The notes below the pieces were generated by a model. The model was given only the letters and a program-made list of their open reading frames with translations. It searched no databases and was not told the DNA's origin. Positions 26,101 to 39,130 of a DNA stretch of 64,000 nt are shown piece by piece (the stretch's first letter is position 1; the number at the start of each line of letters is the position of its first letter). Source of the stretch: Schmidtea polychroa (Eukaryota); assembly GCA_044892525.1 (NCBI GenBank), contig CM097886.1, positions 136,400,001 to 136,464,000 of the forward strand. Reading direction: 5' to 3'. Position numbers and translations under genes: made by a program.

Positions 26101-26890
26101 AGACAACACCGATCCTAGTTTGAGCCTGAGTGCAAGTAACAAATTTCGTATTGAATCTTTTTATATAATAGTAGATAAACTTATTATTGAGATGCGTAAA
26201 CGTCTTGAAGCATACGGAATGTTATATGAAAGGTTTAATTTTTTAGTGGACAGAACTTTGACAAATGATGAAATAGTTTCGAAAGCAAACAAGTTAGTGC
26301 AAATATATTCTTCAGATGTTGAAGATGCATTTTGTGACGAGTTTTTATTATTTTCACGAATGTATGGAGATAAAAAATCAGTGAACGAAATGTTAGTTGC
26401 ACAAATAAATGATAAATTAGTTACCAGTTTTCCCAATGTAAATATTGTGTTACGAATTTATTTATCAATATTTGGTACGAATGCGGAAGGGGAACGTAGT
26501 TTTTCAAAGCTTAAAAGAATTAAAAATTGTCTCCGATCAACTATGGGGCAGGAACGATTGTCAGCACTAACACTTTTATCTATTGAAAGTGATTTAATGC
26601 GAGAGATTAGTTTCGATGAGGTTATTGTCGAATTCGCAAATAAAAAATGCAGAAAAGTTATTTTAGATAATAATTGAATAAATTGTTTACTAAATTAATG
26701 TTATTTTTTTATATTTTTTTGAAAATAAATTTTTAATTATTATGAATTAAACCAATTTTTTTTTCATGCTCTGGTTAAATATTTATAATATACATTTTTC
26801 GTAAGTATAAATACATATTTTCGTAGGCCATTTAATATTCGTAGGCCCTAGGCACTGTGCCTACTGTGCCTATGGGATAATGCGCGCCTG
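23175..26890 (+). mobile_element. Full-length autonomous hAT DNA transposon (3.7 kb)
   Basis: Imperfect TIRs CAGACCCGAATTA / CAGGCGCGCATTA (10/13); 8-bp TSD tatatatg/aatatatg; single intact transposase ORF. Confidence 0.88.
24110..26677 (+). CDS. hAT transposase (TTF-type zinc finger, DUF4371-like region, hAT dimerization domain), 855 aa
   Basis: WLIYS..HCYICKLF zinc finger; catalytic motifs SIDSTPD, SYDNAS, CAAHSLNL, TRWS and AEGERSFSKLKRIK. Confidence 0.93.
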   Translation: MSDGYKRKHESGSEKRKKKIVKEEALKNMKGSLLKYITATRGNNESCSTNVHEFIGPENQNQNKTSEQLSCGSSGTEDISTDKQGTYTGETEVVEGQTSAEIIISLEDNIIEISNEISKVNLNLKYNNDPANWDITADLINYFSENKPSQNIDFNFLLKGRKYGDKTRYPRKEYFIRKLTNGETIERDWLIYSPSTGTVHCYICKLFPRVNVNVILNQFKIGFDDWKNAMSRITSHEKSKDHLDAVSAMFQLQKNSKIDVELQKEKDKLCKYWIEVIKRIVAVIKFLSERDLPFRGNNEIHNCSNNGNYLGCIDLIAEFDPFLKEHIRRHGNPGRGHVSYLSNIICEEFIGILESKVTTQIISEIKEAKYYGISIDSTPDISHMDQITVIIRYVLKCGNVVERFLKFIAIEQHDGKYLFDIIRHTLEHHNISIGNCRSQSYDNASNMSGIYTGVQARFREINKLAEWVPCAAHSLNLVGSTAVECCLEAVKFFGILEAIYTFFSASPQRWSKFKDNMKENTCVVKILSETRWSVRHDATKALFMNYSEIQKALFEITESERQPAVAVQEAKSLIKNLNNFETALMCVIWNDLLQNINIVNKALQETGIVLCTIVKLFKTLIAYFHGIRIEFDKFETMAKKLTTSEYKQHTQRKRIRNRFFDEVLDNTDPSLSLSASNKFRIESFYIIVDKLIIEMRKRLEAYGMLYERFNFLVDRTLTNDEIVSKANKLVQIYSSDVEDAFCDEFLLFSRMYGDKKSVNEMLVAQINDKLVTSFPNVNIVLRIYLSIFGTNAEGERSFSKLKRIKNCLRSTMGQERLSALTLLSIESDLMREISFDEVIVEFANKKCRKVILDNN

Positions 26891-27509
26891 AATATATGTG
26901 TGTGTGTAAATAATTATTATTATTATTATATNNNNNNNNNNNNNNNNNNNNNNNNNNNNNNNNNNNNNNNNNNNNNNNNNNNNNNNNNNNNNNNNNNNNN
27001 NNNNNNNNNNNNNNNNNNNNNNNNNNNNNNNNNNNNNNNNNNNNNNNNNNNNNNNNNNNNNNNNNNNNNNNNNNNNNNNNNNNNNNNNNNNNNNNNNNNN
27101 NNNNNNNNNNNNTTTGAGTCCAAATATATTGAAAGAGATAATATGAGGAATAAATAATTCAATTTCTCATTATCTTATCAGTTAAATCAAAAGTTATTAT
27201 TCTATTTCCTTATGAAATATAAATGGCAATATTTGTGATACTGTTACCAAAAATAAATTTAATTTTAATATTTTGATGCTCATTATTTCTCTATTTTCCC
27301 AGATATCGATTTAACATAATTAAAAAATTAGAAGATTTGCATTTTTTTTATGCAAAAGCAAAATAAATTCATAATTGCGGTATTTATTTAACTTTTAAAA
27401 TTTTTCACTTTTGGACACTGACATATATTGACTTATAAATCTCAATGAACTTTTGCAGTACTTGGTTTTATTTCATACAATATGTAAATTAGTTACATTC
27501 ACATATATT

Positions 27510-27787
27510 CAGTGGTGAGCTATGCATGTCCCGCGGGGTCTCGGCAGAGCCCCTTGTTAACTTTTTAAAAATTTTGCGAGCCCCTTGTTCTTTCAACTGT
27601 GATTTTGCGCTTCACTTCAAATTAAAATTTCTATTGTTTTGGTAGTAAACATTTTTAAAACAATTTTACCGCATTTGTATATCAAAAAAAATTTTCTGGA
27701 CGCTTTTATATTTTACTAAAAAAACAAATTCGGAAAAAAAGCATTTTTTTGCGAGCCCTTTGTTGTTTTTTTCAAAGCTCACTACTG
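27510..27787. mobile_element. 278-bp hAT-type MITE
   Basis: TIR CAGTGGTGAGCT/AGCTCACTACTG; perfect 8-bp TSD catatatt. Confidence 0.88.
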
Positions 27788-30249
27788 CATATATTATAGA
27801 ATATAGTTTCCTCGCTTTCATGCACAGAAACCTTTCCTATTTTGTATAATGATCCATTATAAACTTTTGAGGGCATGGACCGTTTTTATTTCTAGAATCA
27901 CTTTATTTTTCCTTTATTAAGATTATTTTTTTATATAAATCTCAATTCAATAATTGTTGTAGAATAAAGAGATAAAACATTAATTTTTTAATTTACTTAG
28001 TAAAATAATTTGGAATGCCAGCTTGTTTTGAATATATTTTTTTCTAAACTATGTAGCGACATATAGCCTATTAATCATATTGTCTCCAGAGTCGCTTTCA
28101 TTAGCGTTTAAGTGATCACTTGTTTTAAATCATAGAAACATGGACAACATGGCCGAAGTTTATGTGAGATGTGTTACAATGCTTGAATTACGCGGACGGT
28201 GAACGGAATAACACTAGAAAATAATGATAAACGTGTCAAAGTCAACGTTTTCCAATTATTTTCTAGAAAACTTATAATTATATAATTTATATGGCGCTGG
28301 ATGTCCTTTATATGTATGTTCTACTATATTCTAATGAATCACGCTGTATTAGTAATATTCTACTAAATTCCATGTCAGATTAATATCTAAAGCTAATCTA
28401 GTCGGTAAACACCCGTATTACATACATATGGAGATTTAATACAAAATATCGTCTACGGCACCACAGTAAACCAAAAAAATGTTTGTATACGACACCTTGA
28501 AAACCATTTTTTAAATCATTTATAATTTGTATGGTAGCACTCAACGTGTTAAGCTCCACTCAAAAAATATTTGGCATTTTTATCATTTTGAGGTAGAACA
28601 TTTGTCGTTTTGTTAACTTATATTTCATGTTTAATTCTTTCTTATTGGGTTAAATTAACAACCAATGAAAAATCGCCCATCAGCGGGGTCAAATACTGTC
28701 AAAATTATATATTTTTAATTTTATTTTTATGACTTTAATTGTTAAATATCATTGTCATTTATCTCAGAGGTAATTTTTACAAATTATTAAGTTTAATATG
28801 AAATACTTAATTATAAATTGTTTTATTAGATATTCCGTTTAACAAGTTATTATTAACAAGGCTTTCTGAGAAAATGGCATAATATTATTAATATTTCAAT
28901 TATTATTGCAACACAATTTATCAATTTTAATCAAGTATAAAAGTTAATCATAAAAAAATTATTTTTAGATTATCATGTGGCTGTAATAAATATGAAACAT
29001 TATTATTATTAATATTATTATTATTAATAATAATATTATTATTATTATTAAAAATAATAATAAGGAATAACAAATTATTTTTAGTCCTTAATCTTTGTGA
29101 CAAGATGTTGTCTATTAAATCTATACAAATGTTCTATTATCAAAATAAGGCCAATCAACCATACGTTTCCTTTTTGTGAATTATTGTAGCAATAAAGGAA
29201 AAATAAACAATTATTACTACTTGTTGCTTTATTATTTCATCTTTCAAAAAAAAACTGAAATGAGTTTAATTGACTACTGAATTTCCTTATTTCTTGTTTG
29301 GTAGTCGTATTTGTCTTTGTTTTTTTTTATTGTTTTTTACTTCAATGTGACTGTTAATGTTAGCCTCATTAGCTTTATTTGGTCATTCAGAATAATTCTT
29401 CTGAACAATATCAAGATTGATAAAGATTTGGATTTAGAGTAGAACATGTAGAGGTGGTCGGGAAACACAAAATTGATAGGTAGTTCGCGAATAAGTGAAT
29501 AAGTTAATATTTGAAAACAATATTAATATTTGGAAATTAAAATTTCGTTTTAATATCAATTTTGATAAGCATTAAACTTTAAAGTTAACAAAAGTAAGAA
29601 AATGCAAAGGTGCAATTAGATACCAATTTGATTATATCTAGTTAAAAACTCTTAAGTTTTCTCCTTTACTGACTTTTGTTTTTATTGTTTTCTCTAACAA
29701 AGAATTTTAAATTCTTCCTATGAGTTGTACAATCGACAATATAGAATTCTATTTATCACTTTATAGAGGAATAAATACATCTTTAATCAATTTTTGAATT
29801 CCTTCTTCCAAAATTAACGAGTAAAACCAATTAGATATTTATGCTAATTTCTGTGAGAAAGTATTTTGTAAATTTAGAATTAATTGTCACGTTATATGAC
29901 ATTATCGCTTCTAAATTTCCGTTGCTACCAAAAAATCAGCCAAGTTGAGAGTAGAGGACAAATCTCCTTAACTTTGACAAGAATATAATTGGGATGTGAT
30001 AATTTTCTAGCATTATAAACACAACGTTTGAATGGCATATTGTAAATTGAACTCGTTTCAAGTAGACTAGTTTCTATGTATATAAACATGCAAAATCTTT
30101 TTGTAAAATTAATATTCGAAATTTTTTGTTGAAATATTGTGATTGTATTTATCTGTTAACATTATATGTTAATCAAATATATATTATCCTATTTAGATAA
30201 ATGCAAATACTTTTTCGTTTATTATTAATCGATATTTAATAGTAGTTCA

Positions 30250-31030
30250 TTAATGAACGTGTAGAAATAGTTTAGGTTATTGAGAAGTTTGAATCAGTAA
30301 TTTTGGTTAGGGGTCATTTACAAGATTCGGAATGGAAAAACATATCAATAGAAGACTTTGGAGAATATTTTGACAAAGTTTAAAGAAACTAGTAGTGTTT
30401 GTGATCTTGGGAATAAATCGAGATAAAAAACAATTCTAACAACACATCGGTAAAATAAGCCGCTGAAGAAATTGGATGCAGTTTTTTAACATTGCACAAT
30501 GTTTTAAAGAAAAATGTTTAACATACAATATTCAAATGCTCCATCGACTACTTGAAGACGATTATACTAAGAGAATCACAGTATGTGAAACTTTAATTAG
30601 TAAGATCGGCATTGATCGATACACCTGTAGAATTTGGGTCATCTTAATGAACCTAGGATAAGTTTTTCCATAATATGAGTTATAGGTCAATTCTTTTTTC
30701 ATGAGAATGTCAATGGCATTGCTTCATATCACAGGTTGGTCATAGAATGGTGTCAAAGATAATTTTGCGACAATATGTTATATGTATCAAATAATGGGAT
30801 AATGAATTGTAAGAACAGGTCACCTGACCAATCACCGTTTGAATTTTTTATTTGGGATAAAGACAAAATTACACATAATAATATCAAAGAATCTCCAAAA
30901 CTATAACAGCTGTATTAAAACTGAGAAACTTTAAATATATTCAGAAATGTGTGAAGATGTCATGAATTCTTTTTATTGTCAAATACATATGTGCATTGAT
31001 CTTATTGGACTTTCAGTTGGAAAATATTAC
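30250..31030 (+). mobile_element. Degenerate Tc1/mariner-superfamily transposase relic
   Basis: Fragments KFKETSSVCD, LLEDDYTKRITVCE and RSPDQSPFEFFIWD (compare RSPDLTPLDFFLWG). Confidence 0.6.
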
Positions 31031-31647
31031 ATTTTAGTTAATAAAATGTTGCTGTGTAAATATTGTGGAGTCTTATTTTGGATATGTTTAATTGATATTA
31101 AATTTCCAAGTACGATACCAACATTTTATATCAGAACTAATGTTTCTGTTCCATTGCGTACATGTTATTATGTAATTATTCTACATGTAATATTTTAAAT
31201 TTTACAATAGCTTTAAATTTTATTGAACAACAGAATTTTTATTTCAATATTATCTGAAAATCGACTTTTCTCTATCTAATAATGCATAGATTATTCTATT
31301 TCATAAAATATATCTTGCAATAGTCCCGCCATACAATGTTAAATATTAAAATTTATTTTAAATAAATATAACTTATTTGTTTGAGTATTTGTCATGGTAA
31401 TCATGGTAGTCATGGTAACGATGATTAAATTTAGAAACCAAATGGTTTCAAATGAACAAAATGTAAAATCCAAAAATTATAATTATTATGTCTTATGACA
31501 AGTACTTATATATTAGGTATTTCATAAAATCTTTGGTTGTACCTTACAGGTCGGTCACCAAAGGTTGGAAATTTCTAAGTGAAATTCAACGCTTTTTGAA
31601 AAATTTGATGTATTGGTATTTGTTATTAAATGGAATTTTCCTTTCAG

Positions 31648-31719
31648 ATGAACCGTACATGCCCAATGTGCAGAGCTGATGCAACACTTGGTTCTTCAAG
31701 TTACATATTCGTTAATTAA
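31648..31719 (+). CDS. RNF38/44-like E3 ligase, terminal exon completing the RING
   Basis: ttcctttcag|ATG AAC CGT ACA TGC CCA ATG TGC AGA GCT GAT GCA reads MNRTCPMCRADA...*. This matches the KWLK|xNRTCPICRADA ending of RNF38/RNF44. Confidence 0.9.
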   Translation: MNRTCPMCRADATLGSSSYIFVN

Positions 31720-32289
31720 CTTCAAATAATGTTTTATAAATGTAAAAATGGTTCTCAACGATTCGTTTTGTTTGATTAACAACGAGAACTCCTTCAATCG
31801 CGATATGTATGATCTCGACATTATTGCCTCTATATCGTCATTATTAGGTCTGTCCTTCAAACTTTGTGTCAATTTTGATGCACTTGTGATTGTGTAAATT
31901 GATATTGGCAATCATTTTATCAGCTGCTAGTAACAAAATTGTTCATTGTATTACAGACTTGCCTGTATACATTCCGTCAGTACCCATTTCAATAAATATT
32001 TTTTGAATATCTTTTTTTTTATTTATCTTTTTATTATGTAAAATTCATTAAAATAAAATTGAATGGCTAAACAAATGAAATATAAAATATGTAAAGTAAA
32101 GATTTGTGCAAAACATAAAATCGATATTGATTGGAAGGAAATCTATTGTGTAAAGAAGTGAGAAAATTAAAAAATCGGATCATTCAGATGGCAAATAAGG
32201 GATTTATTAAGAGAATATTGTCATAAGAAAGATAGCTAGGAATTGTTTCGGCTGAAATCCATTAAGGAAAGAAGAACATTTACTTTTGT

Positions 32290-32641
32290 CACTTCTGACA
32301 CCAATTGTAGGGACATACAATTAATGCGAATAAAGAATTTATCCAAATTGACATTGCAGTAAATAATTGTCATCTTCTCCAATAATCAATATACCGACGA
32401 AAGTACGAACACTTGATCTGGAGATTGTATGGAGATTGTTGAAGATCTTGACCATCATCAGAGAGATCATTGCTAATAAGACGAAGGTTTCTGTTTCTTG
32501 AATTTCTGGCATATTTGATTTATTGATTTTGACTCGATTTGATGATTGCGAAGTTAAATAATTCATTATTTTTTATTTTAATTTAATAATATATTTTAGT
32601 TCAATTATTAAATTGATAAAAGTCCTGTCAGAGGCACTACA
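32290..32641 (-). mobile_element. Gypsy-type LTR (about 32306-32641) plus tRNA-Leu primer-binding site; internal region truncated
   Basis: Minus strand ...CCTACA AT TGGTGTCAGAAGTG. TGTAG...CTACA termini; the far end is tentative. Confidence 0.6.
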
Positions 32642-33069
32642 AAGATGATAATTCAAATATATAAAAAGAAGCAACATCAGAAATCGGCTTTTAGCCTCAT
32701 GTAGAATTAGGGAGAAAATGAGATTAGGTTAAAGGAAATTAATCAAATAAAAGAAAATTTAAGTTTGTGTTATAAAATTGAATGAAAACCAAATTAAATA
32801 AAGATATACAAATGTGAAGAAATGTAATGGAAACAGTATTAAAGAAAAGTGCATAATTAGATATGAAAATAACAAAAATTCAATTTTGTAGAAAGTCAAT
32901 AAAAGTGATGTCAGATAAGTGATAATGGCAAATAATGATTTTGATGATAAATCGAGGGAAGCGTGTCAAAAGCACCAATTTTTCTAAAACAAAATGTCAA
33001 TTAATTACTTATAAGAAAACCCGTTTTGTAAGATTTCTGTGGCCAAATATAATAACAATATCATCAATA

Positions 33070-33655
33070 AACCTAGCGGGAAAACCCCTGATGATCATTA
33101 ATTAATGATAATTTTCAGTTTACAGCCAGGAGAAAGTTAAATTTTTTAGTTTGTTTCACTCTGAAAAAATTAATTATCGTAATAATTCAAGTATAAAAAT
33201 CAACCATAAAAACATCGTTTTTGAAACTCGTAATTTCACTCAAAACTAAAATTTCAATATGCGTTCTCAATGCTATGAAATATTTATTATTACGTAAAAT
33301 CACTTTTTTGCGTGACCAAACAAAATCCTAAATTATGTGATCAATTATTGGTTCAAACTTATATAACATATTTTAGATATATTTACGTTATCTCTTTAAT
33401 CCGAAGTTTATGAATAGATTTCATATTGAAATAAGGAAATAACACTAGATTTGACATATCAATATGTTTTTAATTAATTCACTTTTCGTGATCGGATTTA
33501 TCTGAAATTTTGATGGCATGCAGTGTTCTCCACAACGAATCTAATTACCAAATTCCAGCTCAATCCGATCACGGAAAGGAGGTTAATTTAGCCCCAAAAC
33601 ATTAGTGTGGCACTAACAAACATACAAACATCAGCAAAGTTAATATAGAGAATAA
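33070..33655 (+). mobile_element. Possible Helentron/DINE-like non-autonomous element
   Basis: 16-bp internal inverted repeat ttttcgtgatcggatt (33483) / aatccgatcacggaaa (33562) and an acaaacatacaaacat tail. Confidence 0.35.
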
Positions 33656-36600
33656 AAAGAAGAAAATCAAGAAATTTGTCTACTTCCAGATGAAGACTTA
33701 GTAGGTTAAGAGAAATCATTTAATTTGCTAGGGAAATCATTAAGAAATCTAAAGGATAATTGAAGAGATCAAATTAGATCAAGGAAATAATGAAATATTC
33801 AAAATTATTTTGTGTGCAGAAATTTATTGTCATATCATTTAATTTCAATATACCATAACGGGGGGGGGGGACTTTTTTATTGACTTCATTGATATTAGAA
33901 GTTCTAAATTTTAGAACAAATGAAAAAATCAATAAATTTCAGTAGGAAGATAGGAGAAGTGACTGAGTTTTGATAAAATTAGTAAGTGAATGTATAAATG
34001 AAAATATAATAATTTGAAAATAAGAATTAAGTAAAAACTAGATGAAATAGTGATGCGAAAATATGATCAGGACTAAGGTTGGTATCACAGGAATATAAGG
34101 GTAACAACTACACGAAAGTACATAATGAAGTCCGAGAGGCACAGAAATGTGAATTTAGAGATAATAAATGCATAATTAATTATTTGAATTTAATGAAATG
34201 AAAGTAATTATAATAATTAACAGAGAAAAATAGGATGTGAAAGGAAATATTATTATTATATGATTTGGGAAGATAAAGAAAAAATTGGAGAAACTAGGTG
34301 TTAATGGAAATTAATTGAACAAATTAATTAATTAAAGAGAAAATTGGTAGAATGAAGGTTTTTTTAAAAAAATTGGTACAAATAATAAGAATTTAAAAAT
34401 ATAAAGATAAAGTATTTTTGACAGCTGTAACAGGGATAAATTTGAGAGCTGTAGAAATCTACAAATTAAAAAGAAAAGGCTGGCATTAATAAAAAATTAT
34501 GGAAACTCATAGATTTGTGAAAACATTGAAAAAATATTATTAACAGAAGATAGCTCTACTTGTCGAAGTTACCTAAATAATAAAATCCAATAATTATTGA
34601 ATGAATAAAATAATCAAGGGGAAATATATGAAATGGAGGATAGGTTTTTCCAGTATTCTGAGAAAAAAATGAGAAAAGAGATTGAAAATGTAAGAAAATA
34701 AACAGTCAATAAAAATAAAACAATGAAATATGACAAGGTCGTTCTTAAATAACAACTACAAAGTGAAGGAAGCAAAACATAAATAAAATTAAAATCGAAA
34801 TTAAATTTGCATATCTCGATATCCTGTACGAGATAAAGATAATGGATCACCGGAGAAGTTGAGAGATGGCGTCTTCTAAAAATTATATATCTCGACAGCT
34901 GTCAGAGATAATGGAGAAATTGGAGATGGGGACTGGAATGTACTGGAGGAATGAATCTAAACTAAAGTCAATATCAGTCAGTGTCATTAGATTGCAGATT
35001 ATAAAAGGAAACACAACCTGAATCAAAAGAAGGAAAAAGAATTTAGAAAAATAAAAAAGAAGTTGGAAGAGAAATAAAAAGAAAAGACAGGCAAGAAAAC
35101 AGAATTAATCGAAACTCAGTTTGAATTATGAAGTTTTCGGATAAACGATTGATAAGTTATCGAGTAAATTCAAGTTAATACTTAGAAAGTAACTAGATCA
35201 AATCTACCGATCATCAAAACCAGAATCATTACTCAAGTGGTTTTAAATTCCAAGTTGTATCCAAGGCATTGTTGTAATATTGAATTATTTTTGTCGCTGT
35301 AAATTGGTAATCAATTTTGGTAATCAATAAAAGTTTATATTGTCTGAAGTTCATTATTGTTTGTTACGCTTTGGAGTCAGATCATTAATTGGTACTATTT
35401 ATTTTCACGGACACCCTTAATAAAATGAACAAACACAAATCCTGATTTGCATGACGGTGTTCACTATCTGAACAATTTAATACAGTCATTCAAAATTCAT
35501 TCTCATTTTATGTAAATTTTCGTAATGGTTCTGATAATCAAAATTCTAGAATTGATGCAGTTTGATTTTATTGTTTTCTAATACACATTTCTGTATTTCT
35601 TTCATATCTATTTCCATTTGTTTTAAGAAAGAACCTACAAGCGATTCGTCGATAATTAAATGCGTATCAATCTGTGATTTTCGACCAAAAAGAACTTCAA
35701 CGAAATTCAACTTTTTTTGGTCGTTTTAAATCTGACTTTTGTTTCTGCAATTCAATATCGAAATATAAATTATTTGAATAGTGTTCAATATTCTTTGGGT
35801 TCAGTTAAAATTATGGATTTTCGATCTTTACTTTCATTCAAATTATTGTTCTTGTCATTATTCACAAAACCCATTACCTCGAAACGAATTATCAGTAATC
35901 TTTTCCAAAATTATAATGTTTACGGAATGGAACATTTTTCAATTCAATATTCACTGAAATTATTAAATTATATCAAATTGAATAGTTCCGAATAAAAAGA
36001 AACCCGAAATTGAAAGAAAAAGAATAGCGGTCAAGCAGAGAAGTAATGGCAAAAAAAGATATGATAAAAAAAGAACTATAAAAAGGTAAGATCAGACACG
36101 AAATGGAAAAATACCCAAATCTGAGGAAGTGAAATGAAGTCAAATGTTATCTAAATTGAAGCTGGAGAACGGGAGAGGAATAGATTATGGGATGGTGGAA
36201 ACTCCAAATTCAGATAATCAGCAGAAGAAGAAACTGACAATAGGAGTTTGAGAAACAAAACTACGAACTAAAAGGGAATTATAATAGAACTATAGAGTTA
36301 GAAAAAAGAGTATTAAAGGAGTTCAGATCAGAGAGCGGAATCAAATAAAAAGGTGAAACTTATTTTTAAATCTAACAAGGTCGAGACTGTCCAGGGCTAG
36401 GTTCGATCAGAAATTGAGAGAAAAATCATGGTTAACTAAAAGTTGTAATTATTTATTGAGAGTTGTAAATTTACAATAAAACAAATATATGTTGGGAGTT
36501 TGTGTTTGTCAATTTTGGTACACGTGGAGTCAGAGTAACCAACGGTCGACTTTTTAGTATCATAAAACCCAACAACAGTGCTACATTTACTAATAAGCTA

Positions 36601-37253
36601 AATAAACTAAAGCTTTGAGCCCCAGATTTCAGGAGCCTCTAGATTTTAAGAAAATGATGTTTTTAAACAGGGAAATATTTTATGTTGCTTTGGGAAGACG
36701 ACAATTAAAATTCATTTCTGGTGATTAAATGTTGCCAAGATGGATGCTGGTTCTCATAGCCAATTTACTATTTTAATCATTTGAAAGCAGTTAAAATTTT
36801 TTGATTTTAACAGAATCTAAACAATTGTAGCATGACAGTAACATTTTCTCTTAAACCGAAACCATGTTAGTAGAGAATTTGACATCAAAAAGACTTATAT
36901 AAATAGCCATAACACTGTTTAAGAAATAATAAAACTCACATTATTAAAATTCAAGATCTCACTAATAGATGAAAACTCTACTACTACAAAAAAACTACAA
37001 ACAAATATACAAGAAATACTTTTTAAAACTCATTGATATTACGAAAACAGAAGTTAGTGGAATAAATTTATTTGTGAAGTTGTTATTTACATATGGAGAT
37101 TAATATTAATTAAATGTTTTAATTTTTCTAATTGATTCAAATGATTTGAATGTTATAATTTAATTTTCTATATTTTTAAATATTCAAATTTGATCATTTG
37201 TTTAAATATTCAGTGTTCATGTTCTAGTTTGAAATTATAGATTTTCAAAACTT

Positions 37254-37970
37254 ATGATAGAAGAAGCGAAGTTAATAAAGCAAGGTGCCGAAGCAAAGAT
37301 TTATGAATTAACATGGCATGGAAAACCAGCAATTATAAAAGAAGTTCTTTCTAAAACATATCGACATCCTTCATTGGATAAGTTAATTATCTCTCAGAGA
37401 ATGAGGAATGAAATTAAATGTTTAGTTTGGTCTTCACAACTTGGATTAAATGTTCCAAATATTTATCATATGGATTTTGATCGTAGAATTATATGCATGG
37501 AATATATTTTTCCTTCCATATTAGTTAAAGAATATTTAAATATTCTTTTATCATCAAATGATGAATTATATGAAATTCCTAAACAAATGCTTGCTTTTAA
37601 GATTGGAAAGGATCTATCATTGCTTCATTCTAATAACATGATCCATGGAGATTTAACAACCTCAAATATGATTATTAGACTAAAGGAAGTCAATCAATAT
37701 CAAGAACTTTTTAAAATGAAAGCTGAAGAAATACCAGTAGTATTTATTGATTTCGGACTAGGCTTGAAACAGGTTTTACCAGAAGATCTCGCAGTTGATT
37801 TGTTTGTCATGGAATCAACTTTGTTAAGTACTCATCATTTAGGCGAACCATTTTTGGAAATGATTTTATCTTCCTACTTTGATGGACTATCAACAAGTCT
37901 AAAGCAAATTGTCCACCGGAAACTTGAACACGTACGCACAAGACGACGAAAGAAACTAGCGATTGGATAA
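37254..37970 (+). CDS. TP53RK: EKC/KEOPS complex kinase TP53RK (PRPK/Bud32), 238 aa, single coding exon
   Basis: QGAEAKIY, K..LSKTYRHPSLD, IHGDLTTSNM, FIDFGLG, EDLAVDLFVME and a C-terminal VRTRRRKKLAIG. Confidence 0.95.
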   Translation: MIEEAKLIKQGAEAKIYELTWHGKPAIIKEVLSKTYRHPSLDKLIISQRMRNEIKCLVWSSQLGLNVPNIYHMDFDRRIICMEYIFPSILVKEYLNILLSSNDELYEIPKQMLAFKIGKDLSLLHSNNMIHGDLTTSNMIIRLKEVNQYQELFKMKAEEIPVVFIDFGLGLKQVLPEDLAVDLFVMESTLLSTHHLGEPFLEMILSSYFDGLSTSLKQIVHRKLEHVRTRRRKKLAIG

Positions 37971-38649
37971 ATTTATTAATAAAATTTTTATTTTTCAATT
38001 AGATTTGTAATTATGTACATTTTGAATGGTTATTAAATTTTTAAATGAATTGATATGCTAAAATGTTGGGTTATATTTTAACGAAGTTTCAAAAAAGTAG
38101 AAAAAAATAATTTCTAAAAATAACAACAAATTTCGATTTGTTGAAATTTACCGAAATTTTAATTTTACAAATTAGATTTGTACGTTACTAAAAATCGCAA
38201 ATTGATGTTGTGAGGAAACTTTGAAAGTATGTCTTTCATTGAAACCATTAATATCAATTTTCAGATAATTTTTACCGAATTATTTAACTTGTTTGTTTCA
38301 TGTTTAACACATTGAATGCAAACCATTATACGGGAAATAAGTTAACCTTGACGTAGAACTGTAAGCTTGAATATCGCTGATGTCCTACATCCGCAATGAC
38401 ATCGTAATTGACCAAGATCGGGAACAGAGGTAGTCTTTACAATTATGTGAGAGCTATTTTATGTTAGCCAATCCGGCTCCGAACTCCCCCCCCCCTTTTT
38501 TTTTAATATTATTAAATAAAACTTTCATAAATATAAACAACAATTGAGAATTTCTAAAGCAATTGAATTATCTTTATAGGATCATTTATTTAACTATTTT
38601 TGCCTTTACTAATAGTATCTATGAATATTTTTGAAAAATTATTAATTGT

Positions 38650-39130
38650 TTGCATGAATTAAAACCAGTTTTTGCAGATATAGAGAATCCAATTCTGTAT
38701 CTAACTCAAACCGAATGAGAACTAGCCAAAAATTTTATTTCTCCCTTATCTTCTGACAAAGAAATTACAAACTGAAAATTTAACTCCTGGAGCATTCTTT
38801 TTTTGAGTTGAGAAACTTAATTTATCCGTTTTCCCGCACTGACGGACCGATTTTCAGTGCTATCCTCAATGAATAAAAGAGAACAACTGCTTTTGCAAAA
38901 TTAAATTTTGGTGGCCACTATTTACATTGTTCCAATGAGCATAATTTTATTAAATGACCATCAAATTACAAAAGGAAGGCTTTATGAAATCGCCGTTCAC
39001 ATCAAATGTTTTCCGGAATTAGACAATCGTGAAACACAGATCAAGTATCATTACTGCACCTTTAGCCAAGATTCAACTTCTTCAAGTTCATACGAAGATT
39101 TATGTTTTGAAAAATATTTAAATGAATTAG
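38650..39130 (+). mobile_element. Degenerate hAT transposase fragment
   Basis: TKKLQTENLTPGAFF and SMNKREQLLLQN*ILVATIYIVP (compare LLAAIYLDP). Confidence 0.55.

Noticed and set aside
25393-26436. Minus-strand ORFs of 115 and 91 aa
   Set aside because: Antisense shadows of the hAT transposase.
31696-31911. Minus 71-aa ORF overlapping the RNF 3' end
   Set aside because: In-frame stop directly upstream; no phase-compatible acceptor; no recognisable motif.
33900-36580. Purine-rich stretch suggesting a decayed LINE or LTR element
   Set aside because: No recoverable RT or endonuclease motif; too degenerate to call.
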